Shown: positions 1-10,111, counted from the first letter of the stretch. The stretch: DNA of 37,063 nt from Candidatus Methanosuratincola thermotaenarum (GCA_038801655.1 JAULTB010000004.1:1-37063), one strand, 5' to 3'. Notes: generated from the sequence alone by a model not told the origin. A program made the numbers and translations.

Positions 1-303
1 CCGTACATCACGGAGCTACTGGTGGCTGGGGTCGACGAGACCGGCCCGAATGTCTTTGAGGCAGACATCAGCGGCGCAGTGACAGATGAGATGTTCACCT
101 CCTCGGGATCTGGTTCACCCATGGCTTATGGCGTCCTTGAGGCGTCATACAAGGATGGGATCACGGTCAAGGAGGGCGCTGAGATCGCGAAGAGGGCGGT
201 GAGGTCTGCGATGGAGAGGGATCCCGGATCTGGAAATGGCGTCCAAGTCATGATAATCACGGAGAAGGGTTCGGAGTTTACGGATGCGGGGGGTGCTGCA
301 TAG
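1..303 (+). CDS. psmB: 20S proteasome beta subunit, C-terminal part (5' truncated by window)
   Basis: Frame open from base 1 (PYITELLVAGVD...). Motifs GSGSPMAYGVLE and SAMERDPGSGNG are typical of the archaeal beta subunit C-terminus. Confidence 0.9.
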   Translation, partial: PYITELLVAGVDETGPNVFEADISGAVTDEMFTSSGSGSPMAYGVLEASYKDGITVKEGAEIAKRAVRSAMERDPGSGNGVQVMIITEKGSEFTDAGGAA

Positions 304-984
304 ATGTTGCCAAGGGGATATGAAGGGGCTTATATGATGTACACCCCAGATGGGCGCCTTGTCCAAGTAGAGTATGCAGCCGAGGCGGCAAAATATGGTT
401 CGCCCGTGGTCGCGGTGCGTGGTAAAGGATTTGCAGTGATGGTGGCGCGGACGAAAGAGCCTGATCCGCTCCTGGATCCAATGGAGAAGATACACATGGT
501 AGACGAGAACATAGGAATCGCTGGTGCCGGTTTCACGGGTGACATACAGCTGCTGGTCGATCAGGCCAGGATCGAAGCACAGCGCCACAGGCTTGTCTTC
601 GAGGACCCAATAGACGTGAAGACGCTTGTTAACCAGCTGGGGCAATTCATGTACCAGTTCACCCGATACGGGAACGTGAGGCCTCTTGGCGCCTCTCTCA
701 TAGTAATGGGCTCAGACAGAGTGGGCAACCACATATTCCAGCTTGACACCAGGGGTCTGCTGCTCAGCGGGAAGGCCCTCGCTATAGGAAAGAACAGCGA
801 GGCTGCAATCTCATTGCTGAGGGGCGAGTACAAGCCCGATATCGGCATGAGGGATGCAGTCAACCTGGCTGTGAAGGCGCTCTCGAGCGCCGAGGACGGC
901 GAGAGCCCTGTTGAGGTTGGCATTGCTAAGGGCATGTCCTTCAAGAAGATGTGCCTGAGGGATGCTCTCGAATCCAGGGAGTAG
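304..984 (+). CDS. psmA: 20S proteasome alpha subunit (divergent)
   Basis: N-terminal YTPDGRLVQVEYA signature, EKIH, A-R-I-E-A-Q, RPLGASL and AIGKNS. ATG immediately follows the beta stop codon. Confidence 0.9.
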   Translation: MLPRGYEGAYMMYTPDGRLVQVEYAAEAAKYGSPVVAVRGKGFAVMVARTKEPDPLLDPMEKIHMVDENIGIAGAGFTGDIQLLVDQARIEAQRHRLVFEDPIDVKTLVNQLGQFMYQFTRYGNVRPLGASLIVMGSDRVGNHIFQLDTRGLLLSGKALAIGKNSEAAISLLRGEYKPDIGMRDAVNLAVKALSSAEDGESPVEVGIAKGMSFKKMCLRDALESRE

Positions 985-1000
985 CCGTTTGGAAATTCTC

Positions 1001-1012
1001 TTTCCTTTTTTT
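1001..1012 (+). terminator. Archaeal oligo-T terminator after the proteasome pair
   Basis: tttccttttttt about 17 nt after the stop codon. Confidence 0.5.
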
Positions 1013-1077
1013 AGATTGCCTCAATCAATGGCATCCGATCCACAAAATGTCTTTTATTACCTCGCTGCTTTTCTATA

Positions 1078-1836
1078 ATGGTGCGGATGTTGATAGACGT
1101 ACATGCCCACCTGACTGATCCTGCGTTCAGCGACCTTCCTGAAGTGATAAAAAGGGCAAAAGCTGCAGGGGTTGCCGCAGTGGTGACTTCGATAACAGAC
1201 CCTGCGGATCTGCCCAAAGCAAAGAGCATAATCGAGCAGTATTGCGGCTATGTGTATCTTACCGTTGGCCTTGATCCTGCACTCCTTTCTGAGGAGAAGC
1301 TCAGCGCATTCAGGTCGGCTCTGAAAGCTTCCCCTATAGTGGGGGTTGGGGAGGTCGGTCTGGATCACTTCTACGTCAGGGATGCATCCCTCAGGGAAAT
1401 CCAGGAGCGGCATTTCAGGGAGTGCATAAGGATCGCCATTTCGATGGACAAGCCCTTGGTGATCCATTCGAGAAGCGCCGGGCGGAAGGCATTGGAGGTG
1501 CTGTACTCGGAAGGAGCAGAAAGGGTCCTCATGCATGCCTTCGACGGGAAGGCCGGGGACGCCTTGGCTGCGGCAAAAAAGGGATATTTCTTCTCCATCC
1601 CGACTTCAGTGGTGCATTCGGATCAGAAGCAGAAGCTGGCCCGCCTTTTGCCGATCGAATCGTTGATGCTTGAGACCGACTCCCCTGTCCTCTCGCCTGC
1701 CAGGGGTGAGCGAAATGAGCCTGCAAACTTGATTCACTCTGCGAGGAAGGTGGCTGAAATTAAGAGGATCCCGCTTGAGAAGGTCGTTGAGGCCACCTCT
1801 GCAAATGCATCGGGCTTCTACATGATAACCGTCTGA
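1078..1836 (+). CDS. tatD: TatD-family metal-dependent hydrolase/DNase
   Basis: DVHAH, GEVGLD, HSR, HAF and ETDSP motifs, plus C-terminal NEPAN. Confidence 0.92.
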   Translation: MVRMLIDVHAHLTDPAFSDLPEVIKRAKAAGVAAVVTSITDPADLPKAKSIIEQYCGYVYLTVGLDPALLSEEKLSAFRSALKASPIVGVGEVGLDHFYVRDASLREIQERHFRECIRIAISMDKPLVIHSRSAGRKALEVLYSEGAERVLMHAFDGKAGDALAAAKKGYFFSIPTSVVHSDQKQKLARLLPIESLMLETDSPVLSPARGERNEPANLIHSARKVAEIKRIPLEKVVEATSANASGFYMITV

Positions 1837-1928
1837 AATTTACTAGTTCATGGTAATTGATTCTTTCATTTAAAAAAAATTTTTATATGACCTAATAAAA
1901 GTTAGAGTTGGCTATGGGGTATTGGTTT

Positions 1929-2933
1929 ATGAAGACCTCGTACATAATAGGTTTGGTTGTTGTGGCAATCATAGTGATCGCAGGGGCTTACTACTACACG
2001 ACAACCCTGAGTCCGCAGCCTCAGCAGTTCAAGGTAGCCGCCATCTACATCTCCCCATTGGAGGAACCATGGAACCAGGCGCTGCACCAGTCGCTGTTGA
2101 AGGCGAAGGATGAACTCGGAATCGTGTACAACTACTCCGAGAACGTTGGCGACTCGACCGTTGCGATGGTGATGACACAGTACGTCTCAGCCGGATTCAA
2201 AATGATCTTCCCGCACAGCTGGAGTTACCACCCTGTGACAAATGCGACCGCAGCCCAGTACAGAAGCGTATTCTTCGCGCAGGGCTCAGGCATGAACATG
2301 GAATACGGGAACAACACGGTCCTCTATGACTACCACATTCAGGAAGCCGCCTATGTGGCTGGCGCAATCGCTGCTAAGATAACCAACACAAGCAAGATAG
2401 GGATCGTAACCGCGTTCCCGGGTGTCGGGGATGTGGACAACCTGCTGAACGGCTTCATTGCAGGGGCCAAGTCGGTCAATCCAAACGTGACTATAGTCAT
2501 ATCCTACATATATGACTGGTATGCACCGTCAAAAGCGAAGGAGGCTGCCGCTGGGCTTATCGAGTCCGGCGTTGACGTGATATACTCCGAGAGATACGGC
2601 GTCTTCGAGGCATGCAAGGACAGCACTGGCAAGATAATTGCCTATGCTTTCGGCAACATCGTGGATCAGAACAACGCTTCTGATGCTGTGATCGGGAGCG
2701 TAGTGTGGGACACCTACCCGATGGTAAAGGAGCTCATACAGCGAGCCCAGAATGGGACTTTCACCCCTGGGGATTACATCGCCTCAATGAGAGAGGGCAC
2801 ATCCAAGTTCGTCTGGAACCCAGTCAACGCTGCCAAATTCCCTGATGCCAAGGCATACAGCGACACCCTTGTGCAGCAGATAATCAATGGCTCGGTGGTA
2901 GTCCCTCTCAACTTCGGTCCACCGAGCCCATAA
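1929..2933 (+). CDS. BMP-family ABC transporter substrate-binding protein (purine/nucleoside type)
   Basis: N-terminal membrane anchor, PLEEPW motif, EAAYVAGAIAA, KIGIV and GFIAGAKSVNP. ATG at 1929 preferred to the upstream TTG. Confidence 0.85.
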   Translation: MKTSYIIGLVVVAIIVIAGAYYYTTTLSPQPQQFKVAAIYISPLEEPWNQALHQSLLKAKDELGIVYNYSENVGDSTVAMVMTQYVSAGFKMIFPHSWSYHPVTNATAAQYRSVFFAQGSGMNMEYGNNTVLYDYHIQEAAYVAGAIAAKITNTSKIGIVTAFPGVGDVDNLLNGFIAGAKSVNPNVTIVISYIYDWYAPSKAKEAAAGLIESGVDVIYSERYGVFEACKDSTGKIIAYAFGNIVDQNNASDAVIGSVVWDTYPMVKELIQRAQNGTFTPGDYIASMREGTSKFVWNPVNAAKFPDAKAYSDTLVQQIINGSVVVPLNFGPPSP

Positions 2934-2936
2934 GGG

Positions 2937-4502
2937 GTGGCAATCACGCCACTTTCTTCCCCTTTTTTTGAGAAAAGAGAGGCCAGCTCAACGCCTCAGA
3001 ATGAAGAATATGCGATATTCCTAAATAACATATCCAAGACGTTCCCGAACGGCACCGTGGCAAACAAGGATGTGACCTTGGGGATATTGAGGGGCGAGGT
3101 CCATGCCATACTCGGTGAGAACGGCGCCGGGAAGACCACGCTGATGAGGATAATCTCCGGGATCCTGAAACCGGACTCGGGGGAAATTTTCATTGACGGG
3201 AAGCCAGTGAAAATAAGGGATCCAAGGGACGCGTCCCGGCTCGGGATAGGCATGGTGCACCAGCACTTCACGCTCATCCCTGAGTTCACTGTGCGGGAGA
3301 ACATTGCCCTGGTCCTTGCAACCTCACCTTGGCTGGATCTGAAAAAAGTTGACGAGAAGATATACGCCGTATCGAAGGATATGGGGCTCGAGATCGACCC
3401 CGAATCGAAGATCGAGAGCCTGCCCGTTGGCAAGAGGCAGCTAGTTGAGATCCTCCGCCTCCTCTGCCAGGACGTTAGAATCCTGATACTTGACGAGCCT
3501 ACTTCGGTCTTGACGCCGATCGAAGTTGATTCCTTCTTCAAGATGATAATGAATCTGAGGTCGTCAGGAAAGACCATTGTGCTAATCACCCACAAGATGA
3601 AAGAGGCTCTTCAGATAAGTGACCGGATAACTGTACTCCGGGGCGGGAAGGTGATCAGGACTATCCCGACCTCGGAGGCAAATGAAGCCCTCTTGGCGTC
3701 GCTTGTGGTCGAGGGCATGCTTCCAGCCCCAACGCTGAGGCGCGGCGCCCCGGGGGATGTTGTTCTAAAAGCCGAGTCCCTCAAAGTGAAAGATGACCGC
3801 GGGAGGACTGCGGTTGATGGCCTGAACTTGACGGTCAGATCCGGGGAGATTGTCGGGATCGCGGGCGTGGCAGGCAACGGCCAGAAGGAACTGGTGGAGG
3901 CTATAACCGGTCTAAGGAAGGTCGAGTCAGGGGCGGTCAAGCTCTTGTCGCAAGACATCACGAATAAACCGACACGATTCATAATCGAGAAGGGCATCTC
4001 CTACATACCTGAGGACAGGATGCATAGGGGCGTGGTGCTCACAATGGGCGTCCACGAAAACTTGGCTTTAAAGTGCATCGAGAGGTCGCCGATGAGCAAG
4101 AGCAAGATAATTGACAGGAGATCGATGGTGAAGAATGCCGAGAGCCTGATATCGAAGTTCTCGATAAAGGCTTCGGACCCGTGCACTTCTGTCGAGAATC
4201 TCTCAGGCGGTAACATACAGAAGCTTATAGTTGCAAGGGAGCTCTCAAATGGCGGGCTTGTCCTCATAGCGGAGCAGCCGACCGCCGGATTGGACATAAA
4301 GGCATCAGAGGCTGTGCACCAAAAGCTAGTGGAATTGAGGTCGAGGGGAGTTGGGATCCTGTTGGTCTCCTCAGACCTTGACGAGATAATGAAGTTGAGC
4401 GACAGGATATGCGTGATCTTCGGTGGCAAGATCGTTGGGGAGTTCGTGCCAGAGAACCTGGATATCGAAAGGCTCTCCAGGTTGATGCTGGGGGCTGAAT
4501 GA
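2937..4502 (+). CDS. CUT2/nucleoside-type ABC transporter ATPase (two ABC domains)
   Basis: GENGAGKTT, GMVHQHF, ILDEPT, LITHK, GVAGNGQ and LSGGNIQK. True start may lie a few codons downstream. Confidence 0.93.
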   Translation: MAITPLSSPFFEKREASSTPQNEEYAIFLNNISKTFPNGTVANKDVTLGILRGEVHAILGENGAGKTTLMRIISGILKPDSGEIFIDGKPVKIRDPRDASRLGIGMVHQHFTLIPEFTVRENIALVLATSPWLDLKKVDEKIYAVSKDMGLEIDPESKIESLPVGKRQLVEILRLLCQDVRILILDEPTSVLTPIEVDSFFKMIMNLRSSGKTIVLITHKMKEALQISDRITVLRGGKVIRTIPTSEANEALLASLVVEGMLPAPTLRRGAPGDVVLKAESLKVKDDRGRTAVDGLNLTVRSGEIVGIAGVAGNGQKELVEAITGLRKVESGAVKLLSQDITNKPTRFIIEKGISYIPEDRMHRGVVLTMGVHENLALKCIERSPMSKSKIIDRRSMVKNAESLISKFSIKASDPCTSVENLSGGNIQKLIVARELSNGGLVLIAEQPTAGLDIKASEAVHQKLVELRSRGVGILLVSSDLDEIMKLSDRICVIFGGKIVGEFVPENLDIERLSRLMLGAE

Positions 4503-4503
4503 T

Positions 4504-5559
4504 TTGGTGGGGCGCCAGCTGACAATCTCAAGGGGCACAAAGCGATCGATTGTCAAGGCATTGCTGTCGGTGGTGCTGACGCTTGCCGTGACTTCGGTTG
4601 TCTTCCTGATTAACAACGTCAACCCAATCTTAGCATTTATCTACATGTTCCAGGGGGCTTTCGGTGACATAAACCTCGTTTCTGAGACCCTGATAAGGAT
4701 GACCCCCATACTGATAGTCTCACTGGGCCTGGCCGTATCTTTCAAGTGCAAGATATGGAACATCGGGGCAGAGGGACAGCTCTACATAGGTGCGATGCTT
4801 GGCACCATCGTCGCGATCGGCGTAGGCGGCGGTCCGCTGTCTTTGTTGGCTGCGCTGGTCGCCGGGGCGGCTGGCGGTCTCCTCTGGGCTGCAGGGCCTG
4901 CATTGATGAAGGTCAAGCTCGGAATCAACGAGGTGATAACAACATTCCTGATGAACTTTGTCGGGATCTATCTCGTGCAGTGGATGATCTCTTACCCTTT
5001 CAGGAGCCCTGATACCTACTTCCCTGAGTCTTCTGCAATTCCATCCTCATCCGCCCTGGCAGTAATCCTGCCGGGGACCAGGCTCCACCTGGGCGTGGCC
5101 CTTGCCCTTGCGCTAATCCCTTTAGTCTATTTCCTTCTCGAGAGGACTACTTTCGGTTACAAGGTGAAGGTAGTTGGGGAAAACCCTGAAGCAGCAAGGT
5201 ACGGCGGGATGGAGATAGGCAAAGTGATCTTTGCATCCCTTGTATTCAGCGGGCTGCTGGCTGGCCTCGCCGGGATTACTGAGGTGATGGGGATACAGTT
5301 CAGGGTGAGGGGTTCGCTGTCACCCGGATATGGATACACAGGCATAGTGGTGGCGCTGCTTGGCAACAATAACCCCCTGGGGGTCGCGCTTGCTTCTCTC
5401 TTCTTGGCTGCCATAATGAACGGCTCCTCGACGCTCGCCTGGACACTGAACATACCGATGGGGATAGTTGACCTTATGCAGGGGATCCTGTTCATATTCG
5501 TGCTCGCTTCTGAGCCGCTGGTGCGGCTCCTCGAGAGGCGTGGGGTGCTGAAGCTATGA
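4504..5559 (+). CDS. Nucleoside-type ABC transporter permease 1
   Basis: WNIGAEGQ, NEVITT, GENPEAARYGG and GYGYTGIVVALLG motifs; multiple TM segments. Confidence 0.9.
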   Translation: MVGRQLTISRGTKRSIVKALLSVVLTLAVTSVVFLINNVNPILAFIYMFQGAFGDINLVSETLIRMTPILIVSLGLAVSFKCKIWNIGAEGQLYIGAMLGTIVAIGVGGGPLSLLAALVAGAAGGLLWAAGPALMKVKLGINEVITTFLMNFVGIYLVQWMISYPFRSPDTYFPESSAIPSSSALAVILPGTRLHLGVALALALIPLVYFLLERTTFGYKVKVVGENPEAARYGGMEIGKVIFASLVFSGLLAGLAGITEVMGIQFRVRGSLSPGYGYTGIVVALLGNNNPLGVALASLFLAAIMNGSSTLAWTLNIPMGIVDLMQGILFIFVLASEPLVRLLERRGVLKL

Positions 5560-6497
5560 TCGAGCTGTTAGCCTTGACAGGTCTGGCTGCCGCCACCCTG
5601 AGGGTTGCTGCCCCGCTCCTGCTGGCCTCGCTCGGCGAGACAATCGCTGAGAGGGGAGGCATGCTGAACCTGGGACTGCAGGGTGCGATGCTCGTGGGCG
5701 CATTCTCCGGCTTCATGGGTGCCTATTTCGCTGGTAGCCTCTGGATCGGGCTGATATCAGCCATCATTGGGGGGATCCTGGCCACTATGCTCTTCGGCAT
5801 TCTGGTGATAAATCTCGATCTGGATCAGGTGGTTTCCGGCCTGGCGATCAACCTCCTCGCGAGCGGCCTGACGCTTTACTTCACCAGGGTGATCTTCACG
5901 GGTGGCGTCTCGCCCTACCTGGGAGAGCTCTTCGGTCCGATGCCGATCCCGTTCCTGTGCGATATACCTGTCTTGGGGGAGGTCCTATTCACGCAGACTG
6001 GGTTCGTGTACCTGGGACTGGTATCCGTGCCTCTCATATACGTGCTTCTGACGAAGACCTCATTTGGCCTCCGCCTCAGGTCAATCGGAGAGGATCCTGT
6101 AATAGCCTCCTACCTTGGCATAAATGTCGTGAAAATGAGGTACGCTGCGCTTCTTGCAGAAGGCGTTCTTGCCGGATTGGCCGGCGGGTTGCTGACTATA
6201 TCGATGTTCAACACTTTTGATCCTAGGATAGTGGCTGCGAGGGGTTTTGTCGCCGTCTCAATAGTCATCCTGGGCAGGTGGAACCCTTGGGGGGCGCTCG
6301 CGGGTTCGCTCCTCTTCGGATTCACAGAGGCCCTCTCTCTGAGGGTCGGAATAATATTCCCGGAGCTTTCAGGAGCCTCGATCAACCAGCTCTTCGCTCT
6401 GCTTCCTTACCTGGTCGCGCTCGTCGCGCTTGTTGTTGGCGGTAGAGGCGTCAGGGGCCCTGCCAGCCTGGGGAAGAGGATTGGGAGAGAGCGATGA
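5556..6497 (+). CDS. Nucleoside-type ABC transporter permease 2
   Basis: LGETIAERGGMLNLGLQG, DQVVSGLAINL, GRWNP and LPY motifs. ATGA overlap with permease 1. Confidence 0.9.
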   Translation: MIELLALTGLAAATLRVAAPLLLASLGETIAERGGMLNLGLQGAMLVGAFSGFMGAYFAGSLWIGLISAIIGGILATMLFGILVINLDLDQVVSGLAINLLASGLTLYFTRVIFTGGVSPYLGELFGPMPIPFLCDIPVLGEVLFTQTGFVYLGLVSVPLIYVLLTKTSFGLRLRSIGEDPVIASYLGINVVKMRYAALLAEGVLAGLAGGLLTISMFNTFDPRIVAARGFVAVSIVILGRWNPWGALAGSLLFGFTEALSLRVGIIFPELSGASINQLFALLPYLVALVALVVGGRGVRGPASLGKRIGRER

Positions 6498-6558
6498 TCT
6501 CTCCTTCTATTCAAGCGTCTCTTTTGCCCATTTGGAAAAAAAGAGGGAATAATGAGAA

Positions 6559-7935
6559 CTAGGCGATTTCGAGACCCAGGTCCGAGAGCTCTCTTGCCAC
6601 TTTGTCGTAAAGACCTTGCCATTCTGCCTTGGGTCTTGCGGACGCCATGTCATAGAGCTGTTGGAACGTCTTGCCCTTGGGCGCCTTGAAGATGTCAAGC
6701 CTCTCCTCGTACCTCGGGAGTATTTTGTTCAGGATCTCGTTCGCATCAGCCCTGCCCATGCCTGCCGCGGCAGCTGCAGCCTCCTTCAGCATCCTTGCCT
6801 CAAGCCCGGTGGAGTGGTCGACCAGCTTACCTCCGCATGATCCGCAGCCCATCACGTTCATGCCTGCTACCGATGCTGCGATCCCGCCCGCAGCCGCCTC
6901 CAAGAGGAGCATCTCCTCCCCAGGTCCGCTTGCGCAGTAGCAGTCATAGACGCTCATTATCTCAGAGTTCCTCGAGAGCGCCTGCCCGACCGTGCTAATT
7001 GCCCAAAGGCCCGGACGATCCGTGCCGTTCAGGTTCTTCACGTTGGTAAGGCTGCAGTAATGGTAGCTTGCGCTGTAGCAGACGGCTCCAGCGATATGCT
7101 CTGCCACATTCACTACCGCTGTCCCCTCGGGCCCGCCTGCGTAGCCTCCCAAGATTGGGGTCATCAGGTTGCCGATGTGGATCCCGTAGCTCTGGAGGTG
7201 CTCCACGAGCGAGAGGTGCTGGAGGCTGGTCTTGAGCTCAATCATCTGGGAGACTATCATTCCGTCGCTCGGCCTCAACCCGTATGCAGGGTCCAGTGCG
7301 CAAAGCTTTGCCTCGGGGCTTACGACTGCAACGTCGTTTATGTGCATCCCTGGCCTACCTGCTTGGCTTATCGCCTCCCTCGCCCACCTGGCCAGGAGCC
7401 GCGCCGCCCTGAACTCCTGCGGCGTCCCCTTCCTTATCTTGAAGCCGTCTATTGTGGCCAGCGTCCCTGCACCCAGGGAGTCTATTGCCCCCTCCTGCGC
7501 GAAGCTCCGCAATGTCTTAACGTAGATCTCACCCTCGGTGCAGAGCGTTCCCGTCGGGCCCGCGTGTATCACAGGAGGTCGAGGATCCTCGATCCGCCTC
7601 ATGTTCATCACGAACGCGTCCTTGCCCGAACCGAGCAGGATGCTTTCGGGGAGTGACTTCAGTACCATCTTTATCTCGCCCTCTTCGAACATGATTGATC
7701 GCTTCGTGGTCTGGCAGTAGAATCCCATCTCGAGCAGGAGCCTCATCGCCGCCTCGTACACATCGTCTGCCATAGAGTCATCGGTGCAGACCGGTCGCTC
7801 CGGGTCGTACCTTATGTCGTATTCCTTGACCAGCTCCCTCGTTCTCTTCATCAGCTTCATATCAAAGTCCTTCTCATCCATGAACGGGCCATCAAGCGCC
7901 CTCCTGGTCACTTCGTCAAGCCTGTAAGTCTTCAT
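6559..7935 (-). CDS. mtmB: Monomethylamine:corrinoid methyltransferase (MtmB) family protein, pyrrolysine-free
   Basis: 458 aa with AGPTG, AGRPGM, ELK, PILGGYAGG, TGLEARM and APKGKTFQQLYD, collinear with recalled Methanosarcina MtmB. No in-frame TAG. Confidence 0.88.
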   Translation of the reverse strand: MKTYRLDEVTRRALDGPFMDEKDFDMKLMKRTRELVKEYDIRYDPERPVCTDDSMADDVYEAAMRLLLEMGFYCQTTKRSIMFEEGEIKMVLKSLPESILLGSGKDAFVMNMRRIEDPRPPVIHAGPTGTLCTEGEIYVKTLRSFAQEGAIDSLGAGTLATIDGFKIRKGTPQEFRAARLLARWAREAISQAGRPGMHINDVAVVSPEAKLCALDPAYGLRPSDGMIVSQMIELKTSLQHLSLVEHLQSYGIHIGNLMTPILGGYAGGPEGTAVVNVAEHIAGAVCYSASYHYCSLTNVKNLNGTDRPGLWAISTVGQALSRNSEIMSVYDCYCASGPGEEMLLLEAAAGGIAASVAGMNVMGCGSCGGKLVDHSTGLEARMLKEAAAAAAGMGRADANEILNKILPRYEERLDIFKAPKGKTFQQLYDMASARPKAEWQGLYDKVARELSDLGLEIA

Positions 7936-7949
7936 TTCATATCACCTGT

Positions 7950-9317
7950 TCAGAACTCCAGCCCGGTCATTTCCGAGATCTCTTTTTTCATCTTCAGGTA
8001 AGTCGCATTCCACTCTGGCTTGGGGATCACCCTTCCCACGTCATAGAGCTCCGGGAATGGCTTGCCAATGTCAGGCTTTCCTTGCTTGTCTGCGTACCTC
8101 TTCACAAGCTCGACGACGATTGCATTGGCTGACTTGCGATTGAGTTTCGATCTCACCGTTGCATGCGCCACCTCTGCCATGAACCTGGTCTCGAGCCCAG
8201 TCGCATGCGGGTACTTCCCGTTGGTGGCCGAGACCCCTAGCGGGTGGCTCCCCGTAACTACATTCGTAATCGTGTTCGCTGCCGCCTCATAGAACACCAT
8301 CTCGCTCCCGGCGCCAGCCGAAGTCCAAACGTCCCCCATGATGATGAACGGGGCATTCCTTGCCATTGCCTGGCCGACGACGTTCAAGTTCCACATGCAC
8401 TCTGGTGCGCTCGTGCTCATATACCTGAAGTGTATTGGGTGGCAGACATGGAAGTCCGATCCGTACATGGCCCTGCCGAGAAGGAATGAAGCAACAAAGC
8501 AGACTGCCACCCCTTCCGGTCCGCCTGCATAGCCCCCTATGATCGGGTCGACCAATGTGACATTGTGCGCCCCATACTCGTAGAAGTTGACAACCTTGGA
8601 GATCCTGTCGAAGTCCGTCTTCAGCTCGTTCAGCAGCGCTACAAGGTGCGAGTCCGTCCTCCTCATGTACCTCTCGCTGGCTATCGCAAGGTCGCCCATT
8701 GCCGAGACGCTGCTCTCCGCGGCTATGAAGCTGATGCCAGGCCTCCCTGCGCGCCTAGCTGCCTCCCTGAGCATTGACAGCTCCCTCCTTGTGGCCTGGA
8801 TCTCGAGCGGCGTCTTTGTCCTGACCTTCCTCCCCTCGACCACCGCGAGCCCTCCGTTGTTGATCATGTCGACTAAGGGCTCCTTCATGTAAGATATCGC
8901 CATCGGGAGGTACCATTCCTCAGGTATGGCTGCCCCGGCCTGGCCTCCGCAGATTATAGGGGCGCGCTCGTCCTCGATCCCCCTGGCGTAGAGTATCCTG
9001 GAATCCTTGTTCTGCCCGATGATGAGCCTCCTTGGGGCCGAGATTATGCCCTCCTTCAGCTCGTACTCGTCAAACTTGACGACCCTCTTGGTGTCGATGC
9101 AGTATATTCCCGCCTCAAGCGCCAGCCTCAGCCCGGCCTCGAAGACGTCGTCCGCGAGCGAATCGTCCGAGGTGATTATCTGCTTCGGGTCGTACCTTAT
9201 GTCGTATTCCTTGACCAGCTCCCTGCACTTCTTGGCAACGATCTTTAGGTCGAACTCCGTCTCTTCCATGTAAGTTCCTGTTTCAGTCCTGTCGATTACT
9301 TCCCAGATCGAGGTCAT
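7950..9317 (-). CDS. mtmB: MtmB family protein paralogue, pyrrolysine-free
   Basis: 455 aa with GIYCIDTKRVVKF, AGRPG, DSHLVALLNELK, PIIGGYAGG and TGLETRFM. No in-frame TAG. Confidence 0.88.
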   Translation of the reverse strand: MTSIWEVIDRTETGTYMEETEFDLKIVAKKCRELVKEYDIRYDPKQIITSDDSLADDVFEAGLRLALEAGIYCIDTKRVVKFDEYELKEGIISAPRRLIIGQNKDSRILYARGIEDERAPIICGGQAGAAIPEEWYLPMAISYMKEPLVDMINNGGLAVVEGRKVRTKTPLEIQATRRELSMLREAARRAGRPGISFIAAESSVSAMGDLAIASERYMRRTDSHLVALLNELKTDFDRISKVVNFYEYGAHNVTLVDPIIGGYAGGPEGVAVCFVASFLLGRAMYGSDFHVCHPIHFRYMSTSAPECMWNLNVVGQAMARNAPFIIMGDVWTSAGAGSEMVFYEAAANTITNVVTGSHPLGVSATNGKYPHATGLETRFMAEVAHATVRSKLNRKSANAIVVELVKRYADKQGKPDIGKPFPELYDVGRVIPKPEWNATYLKMKKEISEMTGLEF

Positions 9318-9973
9318 GGGGCACCTCTCCTCTGGAGGAGCTCCTTTGCCACCTTGACAGCCTCGTCCCCGTCGTCACCGTACCCGTCGGCGCCGATCGA
9401 GGCTGCCCATTCGCGCGTGACTGGGCCTCCGCCGACCATCACTAGGTAATTCCCCCTTATTCCTCTCTCTTTCAGGAGCGAGATGAGGTCCTCCATGTAT
9501 GGCATCGATGTCGAGAGTAGCGTGGATGCACAGATGAAGTCAGCCTTGACCTCCTCTGCTTTCTTTATCAGCTCGTCTATCGGGACATCCCTGCCCAAGT
9601 CATAAACCTCAAAACCGTTGGCTCTCATCAGCATCGCGACGATGTTCTTGCCAATGTCATGGATGTCCCCTGTGATGGTGGCGATTACGACCTTGCTCTT
9701 GACAGTGGCTTTGCCCCGCTTTAGCGCCTCGGGCTCGAGCACTGCCAGGGCGGATTTCATCGCCTCTGCTGCAAGCATCACCTCAGGGAGGTATATCTTG
9801 AGCTGGCTGAAATCGTCTCCAACCCTGCTCATCCCCCTCATAAGCCCCTCGTTTATTGCCTTTAGGGGCTCGATCCCTGCTTCAAGGATCTTCTTAGATA
9901 GCTCTACTGCCTTGGCGTCATCTCCCGCGTAGACGGCGTTTGCCAATTCCTCGAATAACTGTGCTTCGCTCAT
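9314..9973 (-). CDS. Methyltransferase corrinoid (B12-binding) protein, MtmC/MtbC-like
   Basis: DIHDIGKNIV (DxHxxG), YLPEVM, DLGRDVP and VGGGPVT. ATG at 9973 follows a GTGAGG SD; overlaps the mtmB start. Confidence 0.92.
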   Translation of the reverse strand: MSEAQLFEELANAVYAGDDAKAVELSKKILEAGIEPLKAINEGLMRGMSRVGDDFSQLKIYLPEVMLAAEAMKSALAVLEPEALKRGKATVKSKVVIATITGDIHDIGKNIVAMLMRANGFEVYDLGRDVPIDELIKKAEEVKADFICASTLLSTSMPYMEDLISLLKERGIRGNYLVMVGGGPVTREWAASIGADGYGDDGDEAVKVAKELLQRRGAP

Positions 9974-10076
9974 CGGATAAAACCTCACTTGAAGTCGTCC
10001 TCGGCTGTTTTAATACTTTTTCGGTTTTCTTGCAAAATTCAGCTGTCTAGGGATAGCGCTGACATTAAAAATTGAT

Positions 10077-10098
10077 AAAAAAAAGATAAAAAAAGAGG
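10077..10098 (-). terminator. Oligo-T terminator after aor
   Basis: Minus strand reads cctctttttttatctttttt just after the aor stop. Confidence 0.45.
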
Positions 10099-10111
10099 CA
10101 GCTTCTTGCTT

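Noticed and set aside
6559-9317. Amber (pyrrolysine) read-through or PYLIS element
   Set aside because: Both ORFs are full length with no internal TAG.
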